IMG/VR virus record: IMGVR_UViG_3300045988_038418
Span: 1-41,274 of that record
From: a virus
DNA: 41,274 bases
Reading direction: 5' to 3' (one strand)
Shown one piece after another: positions 33,292 through 40,441 of the stretch (position 1 is the first letter of the stretch; every line of letters starts with the position of its first letter). A program made the position numbers and the translations under genes. The notes beneath the pieces were generated by a model. The model worked only from the letters and a program-made list of their open reading frames with translations. It searched no databases and was not told the DNA's origin.

Positions 33292-33292
33292 T
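33234..33292. repeat. Cluster of GTTGAT/ATCAAC motifs (palindromes and tandem direct repeats), function unknown
   Basis: GTTGAT-A-ATCAAC (33234-33246) is a perfect palindrome. TTGATA...TATCAA spans 33247-33264. ATCAACT-n6-AGTTGAT spans 33260-33279. AATTCAGTTGAT occurs in tandem at 33268-33279 and 33281-33292. Confidence 0.6.
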
Positions 33293-33305
33293 ATATAAGC
33301 AACAA

Positions 33306-33335
33306 GGCCCCTCACGAACTGTGAGAGGCCTTTTG
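33306..33335. terminator. Bidirectional rho-independent terminator between convergent genes
   Basis: The stem GGCCCCTCAC / GTGAGAGGCC pairs at 9 of 10 positions with a 5-nt loop. TTTT follows on the + strand. Confidence 0.6.
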
Positions 33336-33359
33336 TCTAGCTGTAATACCTCAATGCTG

Positions 33360-33914
33360 TTACTCTTCGATTGTGATTAACTGTGTATCTTTTGCACCGT
33401 CGAAAGAAATCCAGTCAGATACTTCAATGTCTACATCGCTTGTATCCTGCAACTCGAACGGTTCGCAAACGTCAATAGATCCTCCTGGCTGAATATCCTT
33501 CATATAATTTTCATATTCAGGAATTTCATAGTCTATATAAGCCAATTCGTTTTCTACACCGTTCTGGAAGCACTGGATCTGTGCTGAAGCCATAGCGCTT
33601 GTGTTTTCGTCGCCGTTATTCGTGAATGTGTAATAATACAGAAGACATGGATTTCCGTCCATATCCTTTTTGATCTCATGCTTCGAATATGTGATGACAT
33701 ATTTGTCTGTTTCAAAATTGATAGTGCCGTCATCGGCTGCTTCTGTCTCAGGAGCTTCTGTGGTAGCCTCCTTTGTTGTTACAGGAGCTTCTGTTGCTGC
33801 CTCAGTTGCGGCTGGTGCCTGCGTTTCTTTTGGTGCATCTGATGAGCTGCCGCACGCCATGATAGACATAGACATAGCGGCAACCATCATTGCTGCAGTG
33901 ATTTTCTTTTTCAT
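33360..33914 (-). CDS. Lipoprotein (DUF5067/DUF4352-like Ig-fold domain) in the lysogeny module
   Basis: It has a signal peptide with the lipobox SIMA-C, an A/T/E-rich linker, and then KDMDGNPCLLYYYTFTNNGDENTS...FQNGVE...IQPGGS, typical of DUF5067-type lipoproteins. Confidence 0.65.
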   Translation of the reverse strand: MKKKITAAMMVAAMSMSIMACGSSSDAPKETQAPAATEAATEAPVTTKEATTEAPETEAADDGTINFETDKYVITYSKHEIKKDMDGNPCLLYYYTFTNNGDENTSAMASAQIQCFQNGVENELAYIDYEIPEYENYMKDIQPGGSIDVCEPFELQDTSDVDIEVSDWISFDGAKDTQLITIEE

Positions 33915-33981
33915 GTTCCCTCTACTTCCTTTCTTTTATATATCAGGAATAGCCCCGGAACAATCCGGGGATTCCCAACTA

Positions 33982-34371
33982 TCATTCTTCTGGCGTTGCC
34001 GCTTCAGCAAGCCTTTTTACGAAGCTGGCGAACACCATCAGCTGTTCGTCTGTCATCTTCTCCATTGACCTGCAAAGCTCCAAAGACATTTTATATCTCA
34101 TAGAACCTTTATCCTTATAGAGCCTTCCGACAAGCTCAGCCAATTCATCGGCAGAACCTTTTATATAAGGTTCGCCTTCTCCCGTCCTGAGCCAATGCTC
34201 GTTGACGGAGAATTCTCTGCAGATTGCCAAGGCAACCTGATTTGTCAATGCTCGTCTGTCTTTTTCTACTAATGATAATGCCGAACCCGAAAGACCTAAA
34301 TGCTTTCCAAAATCTTCTTGATTTAGTCCGCGTTCCTTTCGGATGGTTCGAACTCTATCACCCTGTGACAT
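33982..34371 (-). CDS. CI-like repressor (XRE-family HTH)
   Basis: The segment IRKERGLNQEDFGKHLGLSGSALSLVEKDRRALTNQVALAICREFSVNEHWLRTGEG is an XRE HTH pattern. It is divergent from the early rightward operon across a three-operator region. Confidence 0.75.
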   Translation of the reverse strand: MSQGDRVRTIRKERGLNQEDFGKHLGLSGSALSLVEKDRRALTNQVALAICREFSVNEHWLRTGEGEPYIKGSADELAELVGRLYKDKGSMRYKMSLELCRSMEKMTDEQLMVFASFVKRLAEAATPEE

Positions 34372-34394
34372 TTCATCACCTCTTTTCTGTTTAT

Positions 34395-34496
34395 ATTATA
34401 TCACCTATAAAATGAAAAATCAACAAAAAACTTTACAGAGTCAAAAATAATTCTTGACATTCTTAACAGAGTAAAGTATAATTATTACAGAGTCAA
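34395..34496. promoter_or_regulatory. Genetic switch: divergent promoters plus three operator repeats
   Basis: Rightward promoter: TTGACA (34454-34459), 17 nt, TATAAT (34477-34482). Leftward promoter on the - strand: TTGATT (34423-34418), 17 nt, TATAAT (34400-34395). Operators: TTACAGAGTCAA at 34433-34444 and 34485-34496, and TTAACAGAGTAAA at 34463-34475. Confidence 0.7.
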
Positions 34497-34530
34497 GAAA
34501 ACACAAACAACAACAAGGAGGAAATAAAAA

Positions 34531-34758
34531 ATGACAGTAGCAGAAATCAAAGCAAGAAACATGATTAAGGAAAAGAGCACAGAGCAATTGCTTGATCTGT
34601 GGATGATGATAAGCAATACAGTAAGTGTTGATGCCGCAATGGTTCGCGGCTGGCTGATGGATGAGCTTGAGGCCAGAAACCCAGAAGGGTTCGACAAATG
34701 GCTTGACACTGACGAATGCAAGGACGAAGAGTTGGCACAGTACATTTTAAATAAATAG
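34531..34758 (+). CDS. First early gene, small hypothetical protein
   Basis: AAGGAGG RBS, 75 aa. Confidence 0.55.
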   Translation: MTVAEIKARNMIKEKSTEQLLDLWMMISNTVSVDAAMVRGWLMDELEARNPEGFDKWLDTDECKDEELAQYILNK

Positions 34759-34797
34759 AGATAAGGGAGGCGTCAGGCCTCCCGGAAAGGAGAAAAT

Positions 34798-35055
34798 ATG
34801 AAAAAGTATGTTGGAATTTCTGAAAGTAATGAAGGATCAGTTTATTTCATCGGAAAAACAGATGAAATAAAGGCACTATACAAAAGTATTTCCAGACACG
34901 GAGATAATATAGGTCCATTGTACAACGGAAACACGCTTTTCTCTCCGTATAAATATGTCTATTGTATCTGCATAGACGTTGATGGATGGATGACCATAAC
35001 GACAAGCGATGATTTTGCATTGATGCTTGTCAATGGAGAGATTGAAGAGGAATAG
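34798..35055 (+). CDS. Hypothetical early protein
   Basis: AAAGGAG RBS, 85 aa. Confidence 0.5.
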   Translation: MKKYVGISESNEGSVYFIGKTDEIKALYKSISRHGDNIGPLYNGNTLFSPYKYVYCICIDVDGWMTITTSDDFALMLVNGEIEEE

Positions 35056-35110
35056 GGAATATGAGAATGACCACCCGGCACTGATGATGGCAGGTCAGAA
35101 AGGAGAAAAC

Positions 35111-35359
35111 ATGAAGATATCTAAGAAAGAATATTGTGAAATGATTCGCAACGCTTTTGAATGTTCGAGGGAGTACCTTTATAAAGGCAAATACAAAGAC
35201 GCCTATTTCCAGCTGGGGCTTGCAAGAGGAATCATTATCGTTATGAGTTCAGAAGAAGTAATTACACAGGATGAGTTTAATAAGCTTTTGAAAGCCACAT
35301 TTGACATTGAAAGATGCGCAGATGGTTACACAGAAGCATTGAAAGCACTGGAGGAATAG
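35111..35359 (+). CDS. Hypothetical early protein
   Basis: ATG 35111 follows an AAAGGAG RBS. The ORF-track start at 35027 lacks an RBS. Confidence 0.5.
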   Translation: MKISKKEYCEMIRNAFECSREYLYKGKYKDAYFQLGLARGIIIVMSSEEVITQDEFNKLLKATFDIERCADGYTEALKALEE

Positions 35360-35361
35360 AG

Positions 35362-35502
35362 ATGGTATTGAAAATCTTATGTTTTGCCATGTGGCTGTAC
35401 TGGTGGTTTAAATTCAATCAGGCAACAAAAGAACACAATAATACTAAGCAGATTGAATATGGAGTTTGGTGGCTGTCAATGTTTATATTACTTTTGAGAT
35501 GA
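35362..35502 (+). CDS. Small membrane protein (46 aa, two hydrophobic segments)
   Basis: ATG 35362 lies 2 nt after the upstream stop. The translation begins MVLKILCFAMWLYWWF and continues ...VWWLSMFILLL. Confidence 0.45.
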   Translation: MVLKILCFAMWLYWWFKFNQATKEHNNTKQIEYGVWWLSMFILLLR

Positions 35503-35576
35503 GTATCCCGGCGTCGGTTAAGCCGTAGCGTCAAAGCAAGCGCCGGATTTAAAAATATAAGAAAGGAGGCCTTTGA

Positions 35577-35747
35577 ATGGCTGAGAAAATGACAAAGATG
35601 GAGCGCCATCAGGCGTATGATGACATTTTGGAATATTGCGATAAAATTCAGAGCCTGTATGACCTCGGAAGAGTATCCGGGACAGCTGGAACGCTCGCAA
35701 TGATGGCTGAAGCGGCAGAGATTCAGAAGAAAGAAAGAGGTGCATAA
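35577..35747 (+). CDS. 56-aa hypothetical ORF, too short for the ORF track
   Basis: A GAAAGGAGG RBS lies 7 nt upstream. The translation is MAEKMTKMERHQAYDDILEYCDKIQSLYDLGRVSGTAGTLAMMAEAAEIQKKERGA*. Confidence 0.5.
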   Translation: MAEKMTKMERHQAYDDILEYCDKIQSLYDLGRVSGTAGTLAMMAEAAEIQKKERGA

Positions 35748-35748
35748 G

Positions 35749-36030
35749 ATGTTTTTATTTAAGAATGTTGACGAAAAACTGGCAGAGATTGGATTCAAAA
35801 AAATCGAAGAAAACAGGCATTGTGTTGAATATGAAAGACATAACGATAATCATGGATATACCCAGTGTGTTTCTATTCTGCATAAATCTTCTGGAAAGCA
35901 CATTTTACAGTCTTATGACAAGGATTTGTCTGACAGCAAAGGCATCGGTAATACTTGTGTAGGCCTTACAGGGTATGAAATGGAGCTCTTCTATAAAAAA
36001 ATGAAGAAAATTGGCTATGTCACTAAATAA
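35749..36030 (+). CDS. Hypothetical early protein flanked by 17-bp direct repeats
   Basis: ATG 35749 follows an AGAGGTG RBS. GAAAGAGGTGCATAAGA occurs at 35733-35749 and at 36043-36059. Confidence 0.5.
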   Translation: MFLFKNVDEKLAEIGFKKIEENRHCVEYERHNDNHGYTQCVSILHKSSGKHILQSYDKDLSDSKGIGNTCVGLTGYEMELFYKKMKKIGYVTK

Positions 36031-36067
36031 GGAGGCAGGAATGAAAGAGGTGCATAAGAATTTAATT

Positions 36068-36107
36068 TTTGCAGTTACGGTACATCAATTAACAGTATAA
36101 CTGTTAA
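36068..36107 (+). promoter_or_regulatory. Copy 3 of the conserved 17-mer plus the palindrome TTAACAGT-ata-ACTGTTAA
   Basis: TTTGCAGTTACGGTACA is at 36068-36084. The palindrome is at 36089-36107, with ACAGT starting 24 nt after the start of the motif, as at 9320. It lies upstream of the Cro-like/antirepressor genes. Confidence 0.4.
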
Positions 36108-36134
36108 TAACAATAAACGAAAGGAGATGAAAAG

Positions 36135-36332
36135 ATGAAGCTCAGTAGAGACAAAGTCAGAATTTCTATGATTAGAAAGAAGATGACCATTGACGAGCTG
36201 GCGAAGACTTACGGCTGTTCGAGAAGCCGAATTTATGTGCTTCTGAACAGTCAGAACATAAGACAGAGCAGCGCCGAAAAATTTGCAAAGGCGCTCGGAT
36301 GCGAAACAGTAGATATTCTTGAGGAGGCATAG
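36135..36332 (+). CDS. Small HTH (XRE/Cro-like) regulator
   Basis: The segment IRKKMTIDELAKTYGCSRSRIYVLLNSQN is an HTH pattern. It is 65 aa with an AAAGGAG RBS. Confidence 0.6.
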   Translation: MKLSRDKVRISMIRKKMTIDELAKTYGCSRSRIYVLLNSQNIRQSSAEKFAKALGCETVDILEEA

Positions 36333-36333
36333 C

Positions 36334-37068
36334 ATGAACGAAATTTTAACAGTCAATTATGAGGCAGAACAGCCGACCGTGTCGGCGAGAGAGCTGCACG
36401 ATGCTCTGGGCGTTCAATCTCGGTTCAGCAGATGGTTCGAATCTAATAAAGAATTATTCGTAGAAGGCGAGGATTATAACAAGTGTACATCGAGTACGGT
36501 TGTTAATAATGGAGCAGTTAGAGAACTGGATGACTACACTATTACTGTATTGATGGCAAAGCACTTATCTATGATGTCTCGTACAGAAAAGGGCAAACAG
36601 ATCAGAGATTACCTCATTGACCTTGAAAAAGCATGGAACACGCCGGAACAGGTGATGGCCAGAGCTTTGAAACTGGCAGATAAAGAGATTGACCGTTTAA
36701 AGGCTGACAACAAGGTACTTCTTGAGGATACAGCCAGAATGAAGCCGAAGGAAATCTTTGCTGATGCAGTAGCCGCAAGCAGCACAACGATTCTGATCGG
36801 AGAGCTTGCTAAGCTCTTGAGACAGAACGGCATCGATATCGGACAGAACAGACTATTTTCGTGGCTTCGCGAAAATGGTTACTTGATAAGGCAAAAAGGC
36901 AGCGCTTACAATACGCCGACACAGCGAAGCGCCGACCTTGGCATCCTGACAACAAAAGAGACTGTGATCGTCCGTTCGGATGGATCTACAGAAGTCAAAA
37001 AGACAGTCAAAGTCACAGGAAAAGGGCAGCAGTATTTCATCAATAAGTTTTTGAAGGCTGCCAGCTAA
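36334..37068 (+). CDS. Antirepressor (AntA N-terminal domain plus KilAC/ANT C-terminal domain)
   Basis: The AntA pattern is SARELHDALGVQSRFSRWFESN...DYTITVLMAKHLSMMSRTEKGKQIRDYLIDLEKAW. The KilAC pattern is ILIGELAKLLRQNGIDIGQNRLFSWLRENGYL. Confidence 0.8.
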   Translation: MNEILTVNYEAEQPTVSARELHDALGVQSRFSRWFESNKELFVEGEDYNKCTSSTVVNNGAVRELDDYTITVLMAKHLSMMSRTEKGKQIRDYLIDLEKAWNTPEQVMARALKLADKEIDRLKADNKVLLEDTARMKPKEIFADAVAASSTTILIGELAKLLRQNGIDIGQNRLFSWLRENGYLIRQKGSAYNTPTQRSADLGILTTKETVIVRSDGSTEVKKTVKVTGKGQQYFINKFLKAAS

Positions 37069-37087
37069 TCGGAAGGATGGTGAGCAC

Positions 37088-37312
37088 ATGAAACGAAAAG
37101 GTAATGATGACGATCTATATCTCGCAAACGTGCTTCATTTCGAGAACTGTACGGTCTATCTCTATAGACCGATACTGACACCGGAAGAGAGGGAACGCCG
37201 GTATGAAAATATTCGCAGGGCACTGCGGAGAATAGGGCCGTCGCTTATTGCGGCGGAAGAAAGAAGAAAGAAAAAGGAGATGGAGAAAAATGAGCAATCT
37301 GCAAATTCCTGA
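37088..37312 (+). CDS. Small basic hypothetical protein
   Basis: GGAAGGA RBS, 74 aa. Confidence 0.45.
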   Translation: MKRKGNDDDLYLANVLHFENCTVYLYRPILTPEERERRYENIRRALRRIGPSLIAAEERRKKKEMEKNEQSANS

Positions 37313-37565
37313 GTGGGAGAAGAGAGAAAAGACGATCTATGTCGAATGTGAAGAGGTTGACGACCGCCCGGCTATCAGCCCGATCAAAGCGGCAGCGTGT
37401 GAGGTAGCGTGTGGTATGCATCTGCTGGCGTTCCTCGCATCGGCTTGTATCTTCGTGAATACGAGCTTTAACATATCAACACTTCTGTTCACTTTATATT
37501 GTGCCTTTGGGGCGTTCTGGTTCGGATCCACTGCAAGCAGCATTGGAGGTCTGGATGAAGAATAG
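37290..37565 (+). CDS. Membrane protein (two transmembrane segments)
   Basis: ATG 37290 follows a GGAGATGGAG RBS. The hydrophobic segments are HLLAFLASACIFV and LLFTLYCAFGAFWF. Confidence 0.45.
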   Translation: MSNLQIPEWEKREKTIYVECEEVDDRPAISPIKAAACEVACGMHLLAFLASACIFVNTSFNISTLLFTLYCAFGAFWFGSTASSIGGLDEE

Positions 37566-37788
37566 AAGAAATGACAAGTGGATTGATGAGCTTGCTTACA
37601 AGATAGCGCTTTCTGCTCCGTGCGTATGCATGGGGACCCTAGTTGCTTTAGTGTGGGCGGTTATCTTGAAACTTTTGAATTCAATGGTTTTCAAGATTAT
37701 TGTGTCAATTCCGGCGGTCATCCTGCTTGTATCCATTGCCATTCTCTTATACGAGATATGGAGAGGCGATTTTGAAGACGATTATTAA
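37555..37788 (+). CDS. Membrane protein (two transmembrane segments)
   Basis: ATG 37555 overlaps the end of the upstream gene. The hydrophobic segments are GTLVALVWAVILKLL and IIVSIPAVILLVSIAILL. Confidence 0.45.
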   Translation: MKNRRNDKWIDELAYKIALSAPCVCMGTLVALVWAVILKLLNSMVFKIIVSIPAVILLVSIAILLYEIWRGDFEDDY

Positions 37789-37805
37789 TTTTAGGAGGAA
37801 ACAAA

Positions 37806-38069
37806 ATGGTTATCAAAAATGAAAAGGCCAACTGGTCTGCCAACCAGTCAGCCGAAAAAAATGAAAAAATCACTCATCGTGATTATATCACAGCGTTGCC
37901 GGTTTTGAAAGAGACTGTTGAAATCTATGTTGAAGATTTCGAAAATCTTGTCAGATCAGACACAAAAATGATGATTTTGACAGAGCTTTTTGAGAACAAA
38001 GCAACTGTCACGCAAGACGTTCTGCTTACGATCCTCGGAGTTGGCGGGAAGAAAAAAGATAATGGTTAA
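37806..38069 (+). CDS. Hypothetical early protein
   Basis: TAGGAGG RBS, 87 aa. Confidence 0.5.
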   Translation: MVIKNEKANWSANQSAEKNEKITHRDYITALPVLKETVEIYVEDFENLVRSDTKMMILTELFENKATVTQDVLLTILGVGGKKKDNG

Positions 38070-38718
38070 GCTTACGATATTAAAAAACCGTGAGGAATGG
38101 CTGAAAGCCAGGACAAGGATAGGTGGATCGGATGCTTCGGCGGTTGTCGGAAAAAATCCATACAGGAGCAACGTCGATCTGTGGCTTGAGAAGACGGGTC
38201 AGACAATTGCAGAGGATATTTCTGATAAGCCCTATGTCAAGTATGGAACAGATGCAGAACCCCATCTGCGGGCTTTGTTCGCTCTTGATTTTCCTGAGTA
38301 CAGAGTAGGCTACAAAGAAAACAACATGTTCACCAACGATAAATATCCATGGGCACATGCTTCTCTTGATGGGTGGCTGATGGATGCGGATGGCCGTATG
38401 GGGATTCTTGAAATTAAGACAACAGAAATTCTGCAATCTATGCAGAGAGAAAAATGGAATCACAGGATCCCTGATAATTATTACATACAGGTATTGCATT
38501 ACCTGATGGTCACGGAATTTGATTTTGTTGTGCTGAAAGCGCAGCTTAAGAGTCAGTTTGGTGATGAAGAGGTCTATTTACAGACAAGACATTACCGAAT
38601 TGAGCGGTCAGAGGTTCAGGAAGACATTGATTATCTGATAAATGCCGAGAAAAAGTTCTGGCAGCAGGTCCAGGAGCGGAAGAAGCCAAACATGATATTA
38701 CCAAACATAAATATATGA
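38062..38718 (+). CDS. YqaJ-type viral recombinase exonuclease (lambda Exo-like)
   Basis: The motifs are WLKARTRIGGSDASAVVGKNPYRSNVDLWLEKTG, then ASLDG...ILEIKT. ATG 38062 overlaps the upstream stop. Confidence 0.8.
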   Translation: MVKLTILKNREEWLKARTRIGGSDASAVVGKNPYRSNVDLWLEKTGQTIAEDISDKPYVKYGTDAEPHLRALFALDFPEYRVGYKENNMFTNDKYPWAHASLDGWLMDADGRMGILEIKTTEILQSMQREKWNHRIPDNYYIQVLHYLMVTEFDFVVLKAQLKSQFGDEEVYLQTRHYRIERSEVQEDIDYLINAEKKFWQQVQERKKPNMILPNINI

Positions 38719-38742
38719 CAGACAGAAAAGGAGAGATAACAA

Positions 38743-39624
38743 ATGGAATTAAGAATTGTACCATATAAGATTCCGGAGAAGATTGAATTCAATTATGAAG
38801 AAATTATACGGGAAATCGAACCCGTTGTTAATGAAAAAGCTAGCATTTATTATTCAGATGAAGATATTCCTGTTGCAAAGAAAGATAGGGCTAAATTTAA
38901 CACCTTTAAAAAAGCAATAAATGATGAAAGAATCCGCATGAAAAAGGAATATATGAAACCTTTTGAAGAATTTGAAGCAAAGGTGAAAGATATCAACGCT
39001 CTTGCAGACAAGGCGGTCATTGCTATTGATAAGCAGATCAAGGAATATGAGGACAATCAGAAGCGTGAGAAGCTGGATAAAATCAAAGCTCTTTGGACGC
39101 AAATGGCTGTTCCTGAAGGTCTGACAATGGACAAAGTTTACGAGGAAAGAATGCTGAATACGTCTTTCAGTATGAAGAAAGTTGAAACATGCTTTGAGCT
39201 TGCTATTTGCAAATTTAACAGAGACATGGCTACACTGGCGGCGTTGCCTGAATTTGGTTTCGAAGCACAGCAGGTATACATTTCTACTTTCGACATCAAT
39301 AAAGCGCTTGCTGAGGGGCAGAGAATGGCACAGATCCAGAGGCAGAAGGCTCAATATGAGGCAGAACAGGCAAGAAGAAAAGCAGAGGAAGAGGCAAAGA
39401 AAGCTGCAGAACAGGTGCCGGTTGAAGTGGTTACAGCTGAAGAGATTGCTCAGTCAAAGCAGGAATATATTGATGCTGCTTCAGCAAATGGTATTCACGT
39501 GATGGATGATCCTTCAAAACAGTGGGTAGGATTCAAGGCGCTTCTGTCAACAGAAGATGCGATTGCACTGCGTGATTTCTTCAAGAGTAGGAATATTCAG
39601 TTTAAAGCATTAGGGGAAAATTAG
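38743..39624 (+). CDS. DUF1351-like protein (recombination-module accessory)
   Basis: The N-terminal segment PEKIEFNYEEI...AKKDRAKFNTFKKAINDERIRMKKEYMKPFEEFEAKVK fits the DUF1351 pattern. It lies between the exonuclease and RecT. Confidence 0.6.
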   Translation: MELRIVPYKIPEKIEFNYEEIIREIEPVVNEKASIYYSDEDIPVAKKDRAKFNTFKKAINDERIRMKKEYMKPFEEFEAKVKDINALADKAVIAIDKQIKEYEDNQKREKLDKIKALWTQMAVPEGLTMDKVYEERMLNTSFSMKKVETCFELAICKFNRDMATLAALPEFGFEAQQVYISTFDINKALAEGQRMAQIQRQKAQYEAEQARRKAEEEAKKAAEQVPVEVVTAEEIAQSKQEYIDAASANGIHVMDDPSKQWVGFKALLSTEDAIALRDFFKSRNIQFKALGEN

Positions 39625-39643
39625 AAAGGAATAGGTGAATAAC

Positions 39644-40420
39644 ATGGCAGTAAATAACAGATTAGCAGCAAAGACAGCAAAAAACAGCAACGCAGTTGAG
39701 TATGAAGTAGGAGGCATGAAGGTCAGACTGACACCGGAGATTGTAAGAAATTACCTTGTCAGCGGCAATAAAGAGGCCGTATCCATGCAGGAATTGGCTA
39801 TGTTCATGAATCTCTGCAAGTACAGCCAGCTCAATCCGTGGGCAAAAGAAGCGTACTGCATCAAGTACGGCTCTGAACCAGCAGCGATGGTTGTAGGTAA
39901 AGAAGCCTTCCAGAAGAGAGCCGAAGCCAATCCGAACTATGATGGCTCTGAAGCTGGCATTGTTGTTCTGGATGAATCCGGAGAAATTGTTTACAGGAAA
40001 GGTACGATTAAGCTTCCGGGCGATGAAATCGTTGGTGGCTATGCGGAAGTTTGGAGGAAAGACCGCACACACAGTACACGAATTGAAGTGAGCTTTGATG
40101 AATACGCCGGCAGAAAGAAAGACGGTTCACTGAATAGTCAGTGGTCAAAAAAGCCGTCCACAATGATTAGAAAGGTTGCCCTGGTGCAAGCTCTCAGAGA
40201 AACATTTCCATCAGCTTTCGGTGGTATGTATACAGCAGAAGAACATGGAACAGAGGAGCCAGAAGCATATGCTATGACTCTACCAGTAGAGGAAGCAGCC
40301 GCTGTGCAAGCTCAGGTGCAGGCAGAAACTGAAAAGGCAGAGCAGATTGAGCAGAAGCACGAAATCAATGCAGCAGGAGCTGTTGTGGACGCCAAAGAGG
40401 CATTATTTGGAAATAATTAA
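39644..40420 (+). CDS. recT: RecT-family single-strand annealing protein
   Basis: The pattern is LAMFMNLCKYSQLNPWAKEAYCIKYG...GYAEVWRKDRTH...WSKKPSTMIRKVALVQALRETFP. It pairs with the YqaJ exonuclease. Confidence 0.85.
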   Translation: MAVNNRLAAKTAKNSNAVEYEVGGMKVRLTPEIVRNYLVSGNKEAVSMQELAMFMNLCKYSQLNPWAKEAYCIKYGSEPAAMVVGKEAFQKRAEANPNYDGSEAGIVVLDESGEIVYRKGTIKLPGDEIVGGYAEVWRKDRTHSTRIEVSFDEYAGRKKDGSLNSQWSKKPSTMIRKVALVQALRETFPSAFGGMYTAEEHGTEEPEAYAMTLPVEEAAAVQAQVQAETEKAEQIEQKHEINAAGAVVDAKEALFGNN

Positions 40421-40441
40421 TTTCAGGAGGAATAAGAAAGA

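Noticed and set aside
33670-34068. A 132-aa + strand ORF.
   Set aside because: It is antisense to the lipoprotein gene 33360..33914, which has a clear lipobox and domain pattern. It also runs into the 3' end of the repressor gene.
36041-36100. A 19-codon ORF (MKEVHKNLIFAVTVHQLTV*) after an AAGGAGG RBS.
   Set aside because: It is very short. It begins in the second copy of a 17-bp direct repeat and runs through the conserved 17-mer and palindrome, so it is more likely a recombination remnant or regulatory region.
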